A stretch of 63,821 bases of DNA, filler included, from Reclinomonas americana ATCC 50394 (lineage: Eukaryota), in the NCBI GenBank assembly GCA_048213135.1. It is 3 parts of 2 records of this genome, joined end to end, with 100 filler letters (N's around TTAATTAATTAA, not from the genome) between each part and the next. Parts side by side here need not be neighbours in the genome. Positions count along the whole stretch, not along the records: positions 27,451 to 50,479 come from PS015176.1; positions 50,580 to 63,821 come from PS015178.1; 1 more part is not named here. One strand, 5' to 3'. Positions 37,688 to 51,659 of this stretch are shown one piece after another (the stretch's first letter is position 1; every line of letters begins with the position of its first letter). The notes beneath the pieces are model-generated. The model did no database searches, had not been told where the DNA came from, and worked only from the letters and a program-made list of their open reading frames with translations. The position numbers and the translations under genes are program-made.

Positions 37688-40600
37688 GGAAGAGGGGGTG
37701 TGTGTGAGAGAGAGTGTGTGTTTGTGTATCTGTGTGTTTCTCTACGTGTGTATGTTGTGTGTGAGACCTACTGACCAGTGTTCATGTGTGGCAGGCTCTG
37801 GCGCGGCATCTTCCTCTATCTCGTGGCTGTATCGGCCGTGGTGTATGGCGTGCAGTTCAGTGACACGCTCGGCTACAGTCATGTTGCACGCGTCTTTGGA
37901 CTGGGTACGACAGCCTCTCTCTCTCTCTCTGTGCTTCTTTGTCGTCGACGAGCTGACTGGCTGCACGGTTCGCAGCGAATGTTTACTCGTCGCCGACCAA
38001 TGCACACTGGCCGCAAGCTCCCTGGCAGCTGTACACGTGCTACAGCGCATTGTACCTGCTCACCGCCATTGTGCGTTCCACCTCGTGTCCCCGCTTGTAG
38101 CGTGCGGCAGCTTACTTTGCTTGGTACACAGATGGGAGTGCAAACGGCGCGCTGCTCCGTGGGAGCCTACTCTCCCGTTGGCAATCCGCGAGTGGGCGAA
38201 CTTGGCTCGTGAGTAATGATGCATCATCCAGCCTGGCTGATACCCCGTTGCTAACTGCGCTTGTGACAGATCGACGCGATCGCCATTCGCGCGCCTGATG
38301 GCAGCTTCAGCTGTGGCCACGGCCTACTGGGTGAGCATGCTGTTGGTCTTCCTGTTGCTTCCCAGTCTGGCGTCCTGGGTGGGGGCGGCAGTGGCGGTGG
38401 CGGCCATTGCCGGCGCCGCATACAGGCTTGTTCGACGACTGCTGCTTCCGCTCCTCACACTCATCGCGGTGATGGTGGTCATCTGCAACATTCCCGGTGT
38501 CCTTGGTGCTGTGCGTCTTCCACCGTCGCTGTGTTGGTCGCTCTGTGTCTTTGTGCGCGCGCGCGTGATAAGAATGATCGTCCCTGGTCGTGCAGATCGA
38601 CTCGCATGAAGTGTCGTCTCTCGGCTACTTTTCCGATCCACAGCGCTCTGTGGCGTCCTGTGTGCTGCTGCTGGTCCTCTCGGTGGGCTGTACCGACGCT
38701 CACTTGGCCGTGTGGACGGGTATGTTTCTGCTGTATTTGGGCTTGGTTATAACTGCGACTCCTCACGCTCACACAATGCACAGTTGAGTCGGCCGCACAA
38801 AAGCGGCTCACCGGCGCACTCGATGCTCATGCGAGTGTCATGCGACGGTACGCGTCTCTTGCGTGTGTTGTCTTCTGTGCCGAGAAGTTCTCATTTGCCT
38901 CTCGCAGCACGACCCGCATGATGAAAGTACTGCGGTGGCTCGGACGCTTCCCGAAACTGTTTGCCGACTTTGTGCTCGTGTCGCTCATGGTATTTGCCTC
39001 GATGGCCACCACCGGCATCTTTTCGATGGTGTACTTTGTGTTGGTGTTGATTGCCAGTTGCGTGAAGTGAGAGATCAAGGGAAAGGATGAGAAACTGACT
39101 CACCGCTGGTTGGCGTCACGCAGTTGCCCTTCCGGATCCCATCTCGCTCAGTGGCGGCGTGGAGATGAACCTGTGGGTCATAGTGATTGCCTGGTTCAAC
39201 AACATCTTCCTGTTCCTGCTCGGCATCGTCAACACGCTCTTGTCGGACTCGCAACTGAATGCGTTGCCGCCCTGGACCAGCCTCGGTCGCTACCGCAACG
39301 TGTGGAGCGGACTCGCTCCATACTTGCTGGTCAATGCCGTCCTGCTGTTGTCACGCTGGTTCGACGCACTCGCCCGGTGGAGCGATGGGCGCATCGGCGG
39401 TTCGCTGGCCGCCATTGCGCCACGGACGCGCCACCTATCGTGGGATCTGGTGCTGAGTTTCCGCTGGCTCCGGTGCGTCTTGTGTCGCACACTGCTACTG
39501 CTGCTGCTACTGCCCGCTGCTGATGATCGTCGTGTTGCGCAGGCGTGTGTTGGACCTGTCGGCGTTTGTCGCCATTCTGCTGCTCGGCATTCTCCCATCG
39601 CAGCACACTGTGCCGTGCATGGTGTACACGTTCATCGCCTTTACGTGGATGCTGTGCTTCACATTCGGGTGGAAGTACGCCGTGGTGAACCCATTTGTGT
39701 GGTTCACGATGTTGGTCATTGTCGGTGAGCGACCACTGGTGCACATCGTCATCGTCGTCGCGTCGTGTTCGCTCACATATTTCTTGCGCCTGCCTGCAGG
39801 ATTGCTGGCTGCGTTCCAGGCCGTGTATCAAATTCCTCCCGTCACCGACTGGATGGACTCGTGGTCGAACGGCATGCTGGCCGAGTGGGGTCTCTCGACG
39901 CCCGGCGGCAGCGGCTACGACAGCCAGCAGAGCATTTGGGATCGCGCGTCGCTGCTCGTGCCCACTGTTGTTGTCTTTATCGTGTGCGCCTTCAAGGCAC
40001 ACCACTCGGTGCCAAAGTGGCGCGCGTGGCGCGAGTCACTCCGACGTGGCCCGGCACCACTCGGTTTGTTGGTGGAGCTCGCTCCTGAGTCTCAGTTTGT
40101 TTTTTCGTGTGACTGACACACCACCACATCACCAGAGCGCACAGGCTCAACTTCATCATCGTCGGCAGCCGCTGCCGCCGCCGCCAGCACCTACAATACG
40201 TTCTCCATGCCCACCTCGGTGCCGCCGACCGATGCACCCTCGAAAGTGCTGCTGGCTGTGGACCGGCAGCGAAGAGGTCTGCTTCATGTGCTCTCTTATA
40301 TAAGCGTCTATATTCTCGTCTGCTGACGGATATTGGCACGCAAGAAGGGTCATCGGCCTCCGAAGTATCCATCAACGATAGCGATGGCAACAAACACCGC
40401 CGCGGTACCGAGGCGTGGCCCGTTGGTGCGGTGGCCATGGCGGACGACGAGGTCGATGAGGCGGGCAAGCTGCCGCCTGACGAGCGCAAAGAGAAACTGG
40501 CGAACTGCTGCACGAATACGTGGGCCTGGCTGCGCCGAATCGTCGCCGACTTGTCGTATCCGGTGCGTGTGTATGTGCCCACCCTCCCTCTTCCACTGTC

Positions 40601-43600
40601 GCATCTCTCACTGTTAGCGACAGGTCTCGCGACTGCTCTTCCTGATTCTCATGCTTTTCGCCGGCCTGGATCACATCTCCTTGTTTTCGTTTGTTGGCTA
40701 CATTGTTCCAGGCGTGTGCATGCGTACATTGCTCTTGCCGGCCATTGGGTGAGACTGACTGTGTCGCGCGCAGTGTTCATTTTCCTGCTGTCAAACCTCA
40801 ACTTTGGTCTCCGTGTGGCACAACTGGTCGGCACATACACTGTGGTGTGTGTGGTCGTCCATGCGCTGCTCTTTGTCCCCTGTTTCCGCTCTTGTTGATT
40901 TGCTCTCCACCCTGCAGATATTTGTGACGGCATTCTACGCCTTCCAGTTGCCGTCCATGAGCTCGCACTCGGACTCCACGTGGCGATGGATCGGCCTGTA
41001 CTCGCAGGACTCTGCCGCCACCTCGTACTCCGTGTTCATTCTCCCATACCTCTTCTTGATGCTCTCTGGCGTCATTGTGCAGCGCACTCGTGCGCCTTCT
41101 GTTGCGCTCCTCTGTCGTTGCGCTATCTAAACTATTGCTGTGCTGCTCACTGCACTACCCGGACAGCGCGATTACATTCGCTTTGAAACCATGCTGATGT
41201 CGGCATTGCGCAACCTGGTTCACCGCTTCTCGTTTGAGGTGCGCCTTGTCGCCTTCATTTGTGATCACAGCTTCACTGACGAATCGCGCTCGTGCAGATC
41301 ATGGCGCTGGGTGTGCTCCTGCTGGCCGGCGCGCTTGCCAATGCATTCGGCGTGTTGCTCTTTGTCGTGGTGTGGGTGACGGCGTACACTCGAGCGTTTT
41401 CCACCACTGGCCGTTGCGTGTTTGGCCTGCGATCGCCATGCATTGCGTCGAATCACACTTCACTCATCTGTCGTGATAGGTTGGATTGTGTTTGCCTGGT
41501 TCTTCGCCCTGTTCATCTTTTTCCAGTACCTCATGGTGCTTGGTCTTCCCAACAAGAGTGCGTCACGTATTGTGTGTCTCTGATGTCTTGTGTTACCCAC
41601 TGACGTGTGCATGCTGCACAGTTTTCTTGTCGGACATTGATCCGCGGTGGACTGCGTGGCTCGGCTTCCGTCCGCATACCACAGACATCTTTGTTGGTGT
41701 GCTCCCGAGAGTGCTTGTCGCTAGGCCCAAGAATGCTGCTGACAATAAGCGATGGACACAGGCGAGTTCGCGGCACTCTTCCTGGTGGCCTTCCACATCA
41801 AGTTGAAGCGGTCGCCGTACGAGGTGAAGCCCTACTTGGACGACATTCGACCGCAGGATGTGCACCGTTGGTGAGAATGCTTTGTGAATGCCCACGTCGG
41901 GCCGCTTGGCGACTCATGTTGCCGACCCCTTGCAGGTCCGGGTGGACGCACACGGTGATCTGGTTGCTTCGCCTGTCGCCAACTATTGTGCTGCTGGTTA
42001 TGCTCGGCACGGCTGCGCTCTTTTACAATATTCTTGCGCTGGCGGTGGTGGTTGTCGCTCTCGTGCTCTTGCACGTTGGCGAGCGCCTACATTATCGGTA
42101 CACATTCTACTGGAGTGGCCTGGTCGGCTCCCTATTCTTTGTGTCCATTCTGGCGCAGCTGGCGTATCAGACGCCGATCGGTGTGTTTGTGTTGGTGGCC
42201 CGAGCTCTCGTCGATGCTCTGGCTCACAGAACATGATTGCACGCAGAGGTGTTCGACTACGCTGCCAACTTGTCGGACTGGCAGAACGTCATCGGGTTGT
42301 ACATGTTCCCGCAGTTCTTCCGCATCTGGTACCCCGATCGGTGTGTCGCTTCTCAGCAAACCACTCGTTGCTCTTCGTGCTGCTCACACGCGTGGACGCA
42401 GGACACCGGGAGAGTTCTCTCGCAAAGACATGTTCTGGGTGCAGGCAAGTGGTGGCCAACACGCGCTGCTGAAGAGGCACATCACTCACTCACTTGCCCC
42501 GATGTGCAGGTCACGATGCTGGTGTTGTGGTACTGCCAACGGCGTGCCTACGACTCGAAAGTGTACAAGCTGCTCATGGCCAAGTTGCGCGACGAACGAC
42601 GGCATACGCGCAAGAACGCCGTGCAGTCGGTGCGCGACGACTATGCCAGTCTGCAGCGCGAGAAGGCCAAGGGTTTGTGTATTCCCCCTTCTGCATGCAC
42701 TGCGTACTCACTCGTGCTTCACAGTCGCCGAGGAGAAGCGCGGGCGGCGTGAGCGACTCGATCGTGTGCGACTGATGTACCTCCGTCGTGTGCCGATTGA
42801 GGCGATTGAGATGGAGGCGGCGGAGAGCGCCGAGCCCGATTACATTGTAGGAAGCGGTGGCAGTGACGGCATCGCGGCACCACCCAGTGCACTCGTTGTG
42901 GCAAGCTCGGTGGCGAGTGCCGGCAGTGTCGGCGAGGCGTCCACACCGGCAGTGATGGAAGCGCGGTCGCCGTGGGTGGAACCCGCGGCTACCGTGCCGC
43001 AACTGTACACCGAATCGGGATCACCGCAGGCGTCACCGGCGCCTGTCGTGTCCGTGAGTGGTGTTGGCGCCATGAGCAGCGCTCTGCTTGCTCCACCGCC
43101 GCCGCAGCAGCAGCAACTGCACCAGCAGCTCAGCTATCAACGAAGTTGCATGCGTCCGTGTTTGCTTCCGCGTGTTAGATTACTTGATCGCTGATTGCTC
43201 CACGATGCAGGTGGTGGATCGATTAGCGATACCCCGTCGCTGACCCGCCGCTCCATGTCGCGCCGCTTCTCCACGACTGGTGAGTGGAGGTGGAGGTGGC
43301 GGTGCAGTGATGCGTGCGGGAGTGAGTTTGCTCACCTTTGCTGCGTGTTGCTTGCAGAGTACCTCCATCCGGGCACAGAGTTTGACGATGCACCACCGAC
43401 TGCGCGCTCGCTGCGCGGCAGTGAGGCCACCGATGCCGATCTGGCGCCCGAAAGCAAGCCCAAGCGCATCATTCGTCGCAGTGTCCGCTTCATCTCGCGC
43501 AACACGCACTGGCTGTGCTACTTTACCTTTATTCTGTGCCTGCTGCTCAATCAGGACCTCATCAGCACGGTGTATGCGCTGGCCCTCTTCTTGTACGTGC

Positions 43601-46600
43601 TCTTGGAGAACACCGAGTCACCGCAGGTCTTTATGTCTCGATTGCATGCATGTTGATTGTACCTTTAGCTGACGACATTCTGTGCGGTTGCAGTTCTGGC
43701 AAGGCATGATCATTTACACCGACTTGGTGATCCTCACCAAGTACCTGTTCCAGCTGCCGATCCTGTGCATCTGTCACGGTGTGGCCGGCCATTCGTATCA
43801 TCTGCACAGCTACTGCGAGGATCACGTGGCGCAATGCTCGCTGCACCCGGAGGACGAGGTGTGATCTTCTGTGCCTTGCGATGCGTGTGTGTGTGAGGTG
43901 TGCTCATCAGATGCTGCGTAGCCGGTGGTGTGGAACGTGGATCAGATCATTGGTCTGACGGCGACCGACAGCAGCTTCCTGCTGCAGATTCTCGGACCCA
44001 TTCTTGTGCTTCTGTCGCTTCTCGTGCACCGCATGTCGCTGCTGCAACGGGTGCGTCAGCAATCATGCTCTGTCCTCATCACTTGCATCCTGACCACCAT
44101 CTTCACGTGCAGGGATTGTGGACGTTCTCGGCCAAGGATCGTCTGGAGTGCCTCAAGTTGGCTGATCCCGCCAAGTTTCGTCCTTTCTTCTCTCATAGAT
44201 GTTCGTATGCTGACCGACGTTGATGCACGACAGGGACTGTGGCGCCGTTCGTGGCTACTTCCGACTGCTGTTCGACGATCAGATGAAGCACGGCCACGAT
44301 TTCCACTTTGCCACCATGTGTCTCGGTATGCGCATGTGTGTGCAGAAGGAGTCTGTTGGACACTGAGCTGACACGATGATACACGCACACAGAGCTCGCC
44401 TCGCTGCTGTACATGCTCTTCTTCTACCCTTTCATCACCTTGTCGAACGAGGGCATCTCCACGAGTCGCATCTCCAGCACCCTCGTGCTGCTGCTACTCG
44501 CTCAAGTGTTCCTCATTTGTTTAGAACGAGTGGTGCGTGTGTGATTGTGCTGAGAGAGGGAGACGTGCAGAGGTTGCTGACCTTGTGTGTGGTGACGCGC
44601 ACCAGCTATACCTGCTGCGAAGCATTCGTGCCAAGTACGTGTTATACATGGTCGAGGTCTTCGGCTACATCTACGTCTTCTTCTTCCGCGTACCGGCCAA
44701 CTCGCCAGCCGCATTTGGGCACAATGGCGCGTTGGTATTCCTGGCCCTCCTCAAGTTCTCGTTCTTGCTCCTGGCTGGCTTGCAGGTGCGTTATTTCGTG
44801 TGCACACCGCAGTGTGTAAAAGTCAGTCAACTCACGCTGGCGACCACGAGCAGATTCGCCACGGATATCCGTTTGTGACCAAGGGCTACTTCCTCATGCG
44901 GTCGCCGTCGCAGTGGAATTATGTGGCCAGTTGCGTGACGGTTACTGTGCTTCCCAATCGTCCCCCGCCCCGCTGACTCTTGTCCTTGCTACGCGCAGCC
45001 ATGGCATACAATGCCATTCCGTTTGCACTCGAGCTGTTGCGCTGCCGTCGTCACATGCACTCCATGCTTTGCTGTTTTCTCACTGCCCTTGCGCGCCGCA
45101 GACGCATGTTGCTGGACTGGACATTCACCAAGACAACACTGCGCATGGACCAGTGGCTCGAGGTCGAAGACATTCACTTTATTGCCTTTTTGCGGCATTG
45201 CGGTGCGTATCGCCCATACCATGTGTGTTATGACGACGATTCCTCACCGGCGCGCCGCAGACAATGTGTGGGAAACGCATCTCAATCGCAAGACGGGCAC
45301 TCCACGCCCGAAGCACCAAAAAGTGTTCCAGGGCTTCATGTTCTTCCTCGGCATCCTCATTCTGCTCTTCTTCCCGCTCATCTTCTTCTCCAATCTCAAC
45401 CCGACGGTCACCTCGGATCCGATTCAGACCGCGTCGGCCACCATTGGTGAGAGTGACAAAGCAACAATCTCTTCTGCTTCACGATCACTCACAGCGGTTC
45501 GCAGGTCTCGAGGGCTACGAGGCGTTCTATCAGGGCTCCGCCTTGCCCGATCCACCACAACTATCCAAGGTACAACGCTTAAACATCGAGGCCATGTACC
45601 CGTCATTACGACTCGGCAGCGACTTGTTAGTGCAGTACGCACAGTTAGGCACGGTGCGTATGCGTGCGATGCAAAGGTGTGTCGCCTTCTGTGTTTGACA
45701 AGGATGTGGCAGAACTCGGAGACGTATTGGACCATCACGCCACCTGCGCTGGAAGATCTGATTGAGTTCCTCAGCCGATCGCGACAGCAGTCGTCGCCAA
45801 CGCCCACTTTGACCATTAGCTACACATTCAAGCGGTGCGCGATGATGTTGTCGTGTCGCTCGGTTTCCCCGCACGTTCTTTCTCACGCGTTGTGTGTGTA
45901 GTCATGGCCCACCGGGCCACTCGGTTCTCAGCAGTCAGATCCGCCACCAGCTCACCGAGCAAGAGCAAGCGGGCCTGCTGGCGGTACTGCAGGCCACCGA
46001 CACCGAGGCGCACACAGTCAAACTGACGCAGTTCTACCCGCCATTTGTGATACTGCCGGCGATTGAGTCGCCCGGCACTTTCACTGGATCACCGAGCGTC
46101 GACTGCGAGCTGACACTGGTGCCGGCCAGCGTGGCTCGCTACTGGCGGCTGGAGTGCGTCGGCTTTGACGAGAACGGCAATCCCGACAAGTCGCCCTTCT
46201 TCATGACGGCATCCGAGGCCACACCATCGGGCGTGGGCTCACTCGCCACCTACTCGATCATCGCCTTCTACGCCACCTTTGTGCTGGCCGTCGGACGCTT
46301 CCTGCGACTGTGGGTCGGCGGGCGTGCGCAACGCCTCATCGTAACCTGTGCGTCTGGCGGTGTTGCACTCCCTCCCCTCTCGCGCGCTCTCTCACCCGCA
46401 CACACACAGCATTGCCCAACTGCACTCGCATTCTCCAGTTCATCAAGGATCTGTACAGTGCCCGCGAGGACGGAGACCTGGAGTTGCGTTGGCGAAGCGA
46501 GAGGGAGTCTTGTTCTCGCACACATCACTGACAACGACGACGCGCACAGGCTGGAAGAGGAATTGTTTATCGAGTTAATCACGTTATACCGCTCACCCGA

Positions 46601-46640
46601 GCGCCTACTCACCATGACTAGCAAGATAAAAGCCGAGTGA
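35387..46640 (+). CDS. PIEZO: Piezo mechanosensitive ion channel
   Basis: Very many TM exons; QIRHGYP; AIPFALELRMLLDWTFTKTTLRMDQWLEVEDIH; ILLFFPLIFFS; SIIAFYATFVLAVGRFLR; LEEELFIELITLYRSPERL. Confidence 0.96.
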
Positions 46641-47277
46641 GTGAGCCGGAATGAACGCAGTAATCATCTTTCATCATCCTCCTCCTCTTCTTCTTCTTCT
46701 TCTTCCTCGACATCGCCTCTGCTCCGCACTGCATGTACCAATCGCTCGAATCCTTCGCGATATGTGATGGGAGGGAACACCTCACGCAGAGCATCGCTGG
46801 GTCGAATGAGAGCCGATCGCGACGCAGAGAAGGAGTGATGATGAGCGGAAGGAGGCCTAGGAGACAGGCGACGATGTGGACGCAGTGTCGATTGCACCCA
46901 CTGCAACAAGCGCGTGTGAGTGACAGAGAGAAGAGTGTGGAGAGAGAGAGAGAGAGAGAGTGCGTAACTTGTGCCAAGGAGGTGCTCCAGGAGAGCAGCA
47001 GTGCTTGCATGGAGAGTAACTGATTGAGAGTTGTCCTCTGTGTGTGTGTGATTTCGTCCGTCTTTGCATGCAACGCGCACGAGTCTTGTCGCGACATCTT
47101 GTCGACTGTGAGGTGCGTGTGTGTCACAGAGAGAGTGTGTCACATCAGAAGAGATGCTGACTGTGTGTGTGCGCACAGGCGAGCATGTCTGCATTGCATG
47201 CGGAAGCGGTCAGTGTCGTTGTGTGTGGCGAGCGTGCATGCAGTGGGCTGACTGCTCTCTCTCTCACACGCACACAG

Positions 47278-49005
47278 ATGGCTGCGATTCCTGCAGAGGG
47301 CTACACAGTGGTGTGTTTCTCTCGCTTGCCTATGTGATGAGCAGTCAATCACATGCATGTTGTGTGCATGCAGACTGAGGGCGAACTGCTGAGCGAACTG
47401 TGCGAGAATGGGTGTCTGGCGTTGACTCTGAATCGCCCCAAGGCCCTCAACGCACTCACTGTGGGTGCGGAATAGCATGCTGTGCCTGCTCCACGTGCTT
47501 GCTTGCTCAACTCAGCGCACACACACACACACAGACATGATTGAGACCATGTTGGCGCTGTTGACACGCGCGTTGCACGATGATCGCGTGAAGATGGTGT
47601 TTGTGAGAGGCACAGGCGATCGTGCGTTCTGTGCCGGTGGTGATATCAAGTATCTGTACAACGCACCGAGCGATGCGGAGCGGAGGGAGGCGGCCAAGTA
47701 CTTTTTCAGTCGCGAGTATCGCCTCGACTATCTCATTTCCATGTTGCGTGCGCACCCGCACCCGCCCACCCGCCCGCCCGCCCATCGTCATTCTCACCTG
47801 GTCTGGCGCTCGTAGCTTCCCGAAGCCGTACATAAGTCTGCTGGATGGCATCACCATGGGCGGTGGTGTCGGCATCTCGGTGCACGGTCGATTCCGCATC
47901 GCCACCGAGCGCTTCCTCTTTGCCATGCCCGAGTCGGCCATTGGCCTGTTTCCGGATGTGGGTGGCTCGTACTTTCTCGCGCACTGCCCCGGCTACACGG
48001 GTCTGTGCTTGGGCCTGACCGGGCGTCGCATCAAGGCCGCCGATGCGTTGTACTTGGGCATTGTGACGCACGTCATGTCGCACGACTATGTGGAGAGCTT
48101 GGAGGTGACTCTCACACACAGCGCAACCACCAGTGATTGCTTGTGTGTGGCTGACACACTGCTCTCGTGTGTGCTATGCAGACGGCGCTGCGCACGTGGG
48201 AGCTGCGCGAGGCGACGAATGAGGTGGTCGACGAGTTCCTGCAGCGTTTCACGGCGCTGCCGGCTTCGCCCGCGCCCATGGAGGCGGAGAGGGAGGAGAT
48301 TGACGCCATCTTTGGGCACCGGTCGTTGCGTGGCATCGAGACCGCTGCGTTGCGCTCCGACAAGTATCGACAGGCGTTCACCACGCAGTGCCCGAGCAGC
48401 ATGTTGGTGCGTGATCAGGGGAGGGTGGGAGGAGAGGGAAACGAAATGAGAGCGAAGGGAATGGAGGAGTCAGAGATAGAGGACGGGAGGGAAAAGGAAG
48501 TGGAGGAGGGGGGAAAGGGAGGGAACGAGAGGGGAAAGTGAGGAAGATGCGGTTGCAAGAGAAGGGCGGGCGATGCAACAACAAAGAATGGAGTGGACAA
48601 AACGGCAGACAAGCTAGGTTAAGGGGAGCCTGAGACAAGCGATGCTCACTCCACTCCCCTTTCCATGTCACAGGTGGCATTCCGCACCTTCAATCGCGTC
48701 CGCGAGGAGCGCATGTCACTGGGCGACGCGCTGCAGATGGAGCTGGCGTTGGCGGTGAATCTGACGGCGCGACGGGACTTTGTGGAGGGCGTGCGCGCCG
48801 CCGTGGTCGACAAGAGCCACCAGCCAAGATGGACAATGATCAATCTCGATGGGACCGGTGGGCAGGCCCTTGTTCTCTCTCTCTCTCTCTCTCTGTCTTT
48901 CACCTGTTCTCATTCCACGACGCAGACTCCAAATTCCCCAGCGACATGCACGAACTGGACACCCTGTTCGAGGCTCCTGATTTGCGCGTCGACATGGACT
49001 ACTGA
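47278..49005 (+). CDS. HIBCH: 3-hydroxyisobutyryl-CoA hydrolase; upstream targeting exons possible
   Basis: TLNRPKALNAL, AFCAGGDI, KPYISLLDGITMGGGVGIS, FAMPESAIGLFPDVGG, DFVEGVRAAVVDK. Confidence 0.93.
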
Positions 49006-49107
49006 ATCGTGGAGCAGACACACACACACACAACAGTAGTTTACGCACGTTATAAATATGATAAGACGAGCGGGAGATAGGAAACAATGGAAAAACAATC
49101 AACGCAG

Positions 49108-50421
49108 TTACAACTTGCGGATACTCATAAAGCCCTCGCCAGGATCCTCGCAGTTGAAGGAGATCGCCACTTTGGCGCCATCCGGCAGCGCCAGGAAATC
49201 AATCATGGTGAGTCCCGTGATGGCACCGGCGGGGTGGCGACCTACTGGCGCCAGCCGGCCCGACGAGTGATGTAGTGCGTAGCTGCGGGAGGGCAAAGCA
49301 AGCAGTCAGCGCGATATAACAATGTAGAGAAAGATGACACATGGGAAACACGCACGAATTGGAGTTGAGGGCCGACAAGACGGCGTCGCCATTGACGTGC
49401 AGTTGCACTGTGGGTTTCTTGCGCGAGTAGAACCCGAACGAGATTTCGTAGAGACCGCCCGACACCACAGTAATGTTGACACGGTCCTTCTCCCACAAAA
49501 AGTTGTCGGGGTTGGTGTTGACCACTTGCACATTCCACGGCACTCCGTGTCCGTTCTTCAACCGACCACTCTTCCAGATCCAGCGCCCCAGCAGATTCTG
49601 CGAGCAGAGCGCATCGTTGATGACACTCTGCTCGTCCAGGCCGCGGCTGTACTCGGTTGTCGTCACTCGCGTGGCAATCATGTCCTCCAGTTCACTGGCG
49701 ACTCGGTTCACGTGTTGAATGTCTGCAGCAGCAGCAGCACCGAGCGTCAACCTCTGCCAGAATGGTCACTGAAAAAATCGCTTTCTCTCGCTGGCACACC
49801 TGCTTTCACGTCCAGCAACTTGAGCATGTCTTCCACGTTGGCCTTGACCGCCAGCTCCCGCCTCATTTCATCCATAATCACATCCGTCGTCAGCGTCGTC
49901 AAGCAGCGTTCCACCGATCGCTGCACGATCTCTCCACTCTTGTCGTCCACGGCTCGCATCACAAAGTCCACGTCGGCCTTGCCCTCGATTGCGCGGCGGA
50001 AGACGTCTGTCCGCGCCACATGAGCACACCTCGATCGGACGAGGAAAATAAAGAACACACACGCAAACAAACCTGCGGTAACTCGTCCCTCCAGTGCCCT
50101 CGCCACCTCATCGCGTGTGGTGTCCAAGCGAACATTGAAAAAGTCCTTTTCCTCGTGCAGCTTCAGATCGAACGACCGCCGCAACTCGTCCACCTCGGTC
50201 ATCAGTCTCGTGTCGGTTATGCGGCGCACTTCGTCGACAAACTGCAACACGCGCGCGCGCGTGAGTGAGTGATGCAAACACAGGCAGTAGACTGGTGTCA
50301 CACGCAACATCAGTGCGCACGCGCTCCTCGACAAAGCGGCGCACGGCTTCTGCGTCGGCCTTGGTTCGCTGCTGTGATTCGTGCCTCTCAGATTCGAGCC
50401 GGTTGTCGAGCACCCGCCTCG
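49108..50421 (-). CDS. Coiled-coil protein with C-terminal C1q/TNF-like beta-sandwich (5' end lost in gap)
   Basis: KADV/KANV coiled repeats, then GRWIWKSG..VPWNVQ..GLYEISFGF..LHVNG..DFLALPDGAKVAI..FMSIRKL*. Confidence 0.7.
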
Positions 50422-50479
50422 TGTCCTCGCTGCACAATAACAAGCAACTTGAGACTCTGCCCCTTCCCCACACCCCATC

Positions 50480-50579
50480 NNNNNNNNNNNNNNNNNNNNN
50501 NNNNNNNNNNNNNNNNNNNNNNNTTAATTAATTAANNNNNNNNNNNNNNNNNNNNNNNNNNNNNNNNNNNNNNNNNNNN
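50480..50579. other. Artificial assembly linker (N-TTAATTAATTAA-N); a real sequence gap
   Basis: Both flanking divergent genes lack their 5' ends. Confidence 0.9.
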
Positions 50580-51609
50580 TACGGCCAAGAGCGAGGTGAT
50601 GCAGTTGAAGGACGCCCTGTTGCGTGCCATGGCGGGCGGTGCTTCTCACAGTCGGGGACCGACACCCACGGGCGAAGCGCCACCGCCGCCACCACGATCC
50701 GCATCGGCGTCGGCATCCTCCTCCCGTCCCAGTTCTGCTCGCCACCATCACCAGGGCCAACAACAGCAGCAGCAACAGCAGCAACAAGAACACGCTCCTC
50801 CAAGTCGCCCATCGAGTGGCAGGAAGGCGGGGAGGAAAAGCACAGAGCCGGAGTGGGCGCGCCAGTCACCATATGCGGCGCCAGTGACATTCGGTGCCGC
50901 ACACCATCTACCATCGCCTCCTCCATCGCCTCCTGCGCTGCTGCTGCCGCAGCCGCCACCACCACCACCACTGTTGGAAACCTCGACGGCGCCCGACGGC
51001 AAGTGGGCGCTGCGGCTGCGGGGACTGACGGCTCGTGAGCGAGTCGACATGGTGTTGCAGTCCACCGACGAGGAGCTGACGGAGCGTGGTAATCACCAGC
51101 GTCAGCGAGCGTCGGCCAGTAGCGTCCGAAGTGCTGGCATTGTGCACAGTGGGCCCGTCAGCGCACGCTCACACGAACTCACGGCGCTGGTTATGATGGA
51201 GATGGGCGGGGTCACGGACAATCTCCCACTGCCGTCCGGTTCAGCAGCCTCCTCTCGTGCGACGAGCGCCGCCAGCTCGCGGCCACCGAGCGCCAGACAG
51301 TCACGACCCAGTAGTGCGCGCTCTACGGCTAGCGCCGTAGCAACAGCGGATTCTGGTGACGTGATACACCGCAAGGATCGACTGAAAAAGGCCAACATGC
51401 TGCTGCGCCAGGCCGGTATCGTGATGCCGACGGGAGCCCCCAGCGACGACGGTTCCGACACGTTCCTCGACAGCCACTCGCGCGGTTCGTCACCACAACG
51501 CAAGTCGGTGTCACCGAGGATACGCAGGCAGTCCAAGGCCACCAGCGGCTCACAATACCGGTCGAGCTCGGTCGAGCGTGCCCATCGGCCTGCTCAATAT
51601 CTGATGTGA
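50580..51609 (+). CDS. 3' part of a Ser/Arg/Pro-rich low-complexity protein
   Basis: Open frame from the gap to TGA 51607-51609; RPSSAR/RPPSAR repeats. Confidence 0.6.
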
Positions 51610-51659
51610 TGATGATGATGACGCGCAACGTATACCTATATAATGATGTCTTTTGTGTT

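Noticed and set aside
38783-38789. GTTGAGT as another shifted donor
   Set aside because: The frame works only if this is an acceptor (cacag|tt gag) paired with the upstream gtatgt donor
46618-47127. Minus-strand 169-aa ORF between Piezo and HIBCH
   Set aside because: Runs through CT/GAA microsatellites and has no recognisable motif; may be UTR or HIBCH 5' region
32870-47744. Non-GT donors of the form TTGCGT
   Set aside because: Phase analysis at 32870 and 47743 requires cleavage one base earlier, at GT
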